64,000 nt of DNA from Pseudomonadales bacterium (GTDB taxonomy: Bacteria; Pseudomonadota; Gammaproteobacteria; Pseudomonadales; Azotimanducaceae), in the NCBI GenBank assembly GCA_036526135.1, contig DATCZA010000011.1:17570-81569 (forward strand). Reading direction: 5' to 3'. The notes beneath the pieces were generated by a model that was given only the letters and a program-made list of their open reading frames with translations, was not told the DNA's origin and made no database searches. Below are positions 61,998-64,000 of the stretch, piece after piece (position 1 is the first letter of the stretch; each line of letters opens with the position of its first letter). The translations under genes were made by a program, and so were the position numbers.

Positions 61998-63332
61998 TCA
62001 GTCGTTCTGCTGGCCGCGGCCCGCCGAGCGAGCCGCCCCAAGGCGCCGCCGGACGAGGTCGATGTCGCGGCGAAGCTGGTAGAGGTCGTCGGCATAGCCC
62101 TTCGGAACCGCCTCGATAGTCGAGTCCACGTCCAGCCGATCGAGCTCCTCCAGCCGACGGGCCACGTCCTCATCGTCGGCGATGGGCGTTCGAAGCGGAT
62201 CCAGGGCGTGCAGCTTCGTGTAGATGCGCAGCAGCCGCCGACGGATCTGCCATCGATACGCAGGGGGCACCAGCCGCGCCAGCGGCAGGCTCAACCCGAT
62301 CAGCGGGACGAGCATGATCCAGAGCCGGTCAACCAGCGTGGCCGCCCAGAACGGCAGGTAGCGCATGAGAAACGGCGCCCCGTGCCGGTAGTGCCTCTCC
62401 GCCTCCTCGCTGAGCGGCAGGTCGACGAAACGCGGCGTGGGAAACGTGCCCGCATCCGCGAGAATGCTGTGACCACCGTGTATCTCGGCGGCCGCGATGA
62501 GCAGAAGGTCCGTGAGCGCCGGATGGAAATCATCACGGGCCACGAGCATGGCCCCCACGGCAACCGTCTCGGTGTCCTTCGCCGGCAGGTCCGCTTCCAG
62601 ATCCAGAACGCCCCTGGGCAGGACGACTGAAGAGAGGAAGGCGTTGCGCCGCGTGTAAGCCTCGACCCGTTCCATGTCGTGCAGACGAACTCCCGGCAGG
62701 CGGAGAAGCTTCCCGACCGTGGAGGATTGCGGCGCGCCGATGAGAAACGCCGCGTCGATCTCGCCCCCGGCCAGCGCGTCGGGAAGCGCGGCTGACGCCA
62801 CCCCCAGAAGCTTCGAGTTCGCCGCGTCCACCCCGTTGGCCTCGAGCAGCTGCATCACGACGGCGCGTGTTCCGCTGCCTTCCACACCCACCGCCAACCG
62901 CCGGCCCTTCAGATCGCCCAGGTCGTCGAGCACCACGCCCGGTCCAAGGAACAGCCAGAGGGGTTCCAGATACAGGCTGCCCATAGTGACAAGGTTGTCC
63001 ACGGGGGCAGACGACGCGATGCCCCCCTGCACGAAAGCGAGGTCGGCCCCCCCTTCCCTGGCCACCAGATCGAGATTGTCCACGCTGCCACCGGTGGCGC
63101 GCAGTTCGACCACCACCCCGTCCCGGGCCAGAACCTGGGCAAACCGCTCACCGAAATAGTAGTAAGCGCCGGACGGCTCCCCGGTTGCGAGAACGAACCG
63201 TTTCGGCGGCGGCGGCCCGACGAACTGATAGGCGACGATGAGCCCCGCCAGCAGGAGCGCGAGCGCGAGCCCCCAGGTTCCCGCTACGTCCCTGGTCCGG
63301 GCCCAGAATTCAGCTGCACGTTGATTGGACAT
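61998..63332 (-). CDS. TAXI-family (TRAP-associated) solute-binding protein homologue with membrane-anchoring segments
   Basis: N-terminal TM (..WGLALALLLAGLIVAY..), then ..FVLATGEPSGAYYYFGERFAQVL..ATGGSVDNLDLV..ADLAFVQGG.. typical of TAXI/NMT1-like binders. The C-terminal part carries hydrophobic helices (..LPFWAATLVDRLWIMLVPLIGLSL..). Confidence 0.75.
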   Translation of the reverse strand: MSNQRAAEFWARTRDVAGTWGLALALLLAGLIVAYQFVGPPPPKRFVLATGEPSGAYYYFGERFAQVLARDGVVVELRATGGSVDNLDLVAREGGADLAFVQGGIASSAPVDNLVTMGSLYLEPLWLFLGPGVVLDDLGDLKGRRLAVGVEGSGTRAVVMQLLEANGVDAANSKLLGVASAALPDALAGGEIDAAFLIGAPQSSTVGKLLRLPGVRLHDMERVEAYTRRNAFLSSVVLPRGVLDLEADLPAKDTETVAVGAMLVARDDFHPALTDLLLIAAAEIHGGHSILADAGTFPTPRFVDLPLSEEAERHYRHGAPFLMRYLPFWAATLVDRLWIMLVPLIGLSLPLARLVPPAYRWQIRRRLLRIYTKLHALDPLRTPIADDEDVARRLEELDRLDVDSTIEAVPKGYADDLYQLRRDIDLVRRRLGAARSAGRGQQND

Positions 63333-63342
63333 GCTCGAACGG

Positions 63343-63717
63343 TCAACGCTTCTTCTTCAGGCGCTCATGGCCGCGCGAATCCTCGTCGGCCTTCTGAAAT
63401 TCCACCCCGAGCACCTTCAACGTCCCCTCCGACTCCTCGGCTTCCTGCAACTCCCCGGGCGCTTTGGAGGCAGCCTCTTCGGTCGGGTCGGCCGTGCTGA
63501 CCACCCGTCTGGGGCTTTCCGAAATCATGCCGCCGCAGAATTCCCCAAGCACCTCGCGGGCTCGCGTCTGCTGTTCTTCCGACAGCGCGCCCAGCACTTC
63601 GGATTGCAGGCGCTGTAGTACCTGATCGACATCGCAAACCTCTGCGCTTGCCGAAGCCGCGCCGATCGCGAGCCCGAAGACGACGAGAACGGCCCCGGTT
63701 TGAATCGAGCTGGTCAT
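63343..63717 (-). CDS. Small secreted protein, unknown function
   Basis: MTSSIQTGAVLVVFGLAIGAASASA signal peptide, an acidic central region and a basic tail (..RLKKKR). Confidence 0.55.
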   Translation of the reverse strand: MTSSIQTGAVLVVFGLAIGAASASAEVCDVDQVLQRLQSEVLGALSEEQQTRAREVLGEFCGGMISESPRRVVSTADPTEEAASKAPGELQEAEESEGTLKVLGVEFQKADEDSRGHERLKKKR

Positions 63718-63835
63718 GGCGGCATTATGCACCACCGCGGCTCAGACGTGCTGCCGTTCGTGCACGAGAGGCCACCCTTTTCTTCGTTACGCCCACAGTC
63801 ACCACGACGGGCACGGTATTGCTCGAGGAGCCACC

Positions 63836-64000
63836 ATGTACGACCACCTGATCAGGAACGCCACCATCGTCGACGGTCTCGGCGGAAAGCCATGCACGGG
63901 CGACATTGCCATCAAGGATGGCGTCATCGCCGCGGTGGGCGAAGTCTCCGGAAACGCCAGGGAGACCCTGAACGCGGAGGGCGCCTACGCCACTCCCGGC
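63836..64000 (+). CDS. Amidohydrolase family protein (D-aminoacylase-like), 5' partial in this window
   Basis: My translation from ATG 63836 (after GAGGAG) reads MYDHLIRNATIVDGLGGKPCTGDIAIKDGVIAAVGEVSG..AEGAYATPG. This is the typical N-terminal beta-sandwich of metal-dependent amidohydrolases. The frame is open to the window end. Confidence 0.7.
   Translation, partial: MYDHLIRNATIVDGLGGKPCTGDIAIKDGVIAAVGEVSGNARETLNAEGAYATPG

Noticed and set aside
1-64000. Searched by eye for CRISPR arrays, tRNA/rRNA/tmRNA genes, IS elements, integrases, phage genes, toxin-antitoxin pairs and classic defence-system signatures.
   Set aside because: I recognised no regularly spaced direct repeats, cloverleaf-like segments, transposase or integrase motifs, or terminal inverted repeats. 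All intergenic gaps are short (at most about 330 nt). Small RNAs cannot be excluded without covariance-model scans.

Overview
GC-rich proteobacterial chromosome segment, probably gammaproteobacterial (inferred from gene content and HexR/LacI-type operators). It is densely coding, with many 1-4 nt start/stop overlaps. I found no rRNA, tRNA, CRISPR array, transposase or integrase. Layout, left to right: (1) a Baeyer-Villiger monooxygenase (open at the window edge) plus an acyl-CoA dehydrogenase. (2) A minus-strand sugar block: zwf-pgl-edd-eda (Entner-Doudoroff) followed by a GPH/MFS transporter, lacI, a GH3 beta-glucosidase and a secreted glycosidase, with repeated LacI-type operators. (3) Divergent hexR with HexR-type palindromes, an internally deleted pykA remnant, a GAPDH paralog without the catalytic Cys, and a canonical gap. 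(4) The most interesting region (about 17.2-39.2 kb): a nine-gene operon of secreted TPR/coiled-coil proteins, TolQ/ExbB, two ExbD/TolR and an AgmX/PglI(GltG)-like protein. Its gene order mirrors gltD-E-F-G plus aglRQS of the myxobacterial gliding machinery. It is followed by a 2174-aa DUF11/SdrD-B repeat surface protein that is translationally coupled to a 1709-aa protein with three OmpA-like domains and a C-terminal beta-barrel. (5) A small acidic/Arg-rich protein with hdfR-like lysR, ptsP (EI-Ntr), an ECF sigma factor and a GroES-less GroEL paralog. (6) A kamA (lysine 2,3-aminomutase family) - ATP-grasp - ATP-grasp - GNAT operon, divergent from a formylglutamate-amidohydrolase/C39-like peptidase fusion. 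(7) A phosphatase, a VOC protein, an SDR and a PyrD-PyrK fusion. (8) A TonB-dependent receptor next to a tetR - carotenoid/stilbene oxygenase - MDR reductase - VOC operon. (9) A TAXI-type binding protein, a small secreted protein and a partial amidohydrolase. Many long ORFs in the track are antisense or out-of-frame shadow ORFs typical of GC-rich DNA and were not called.
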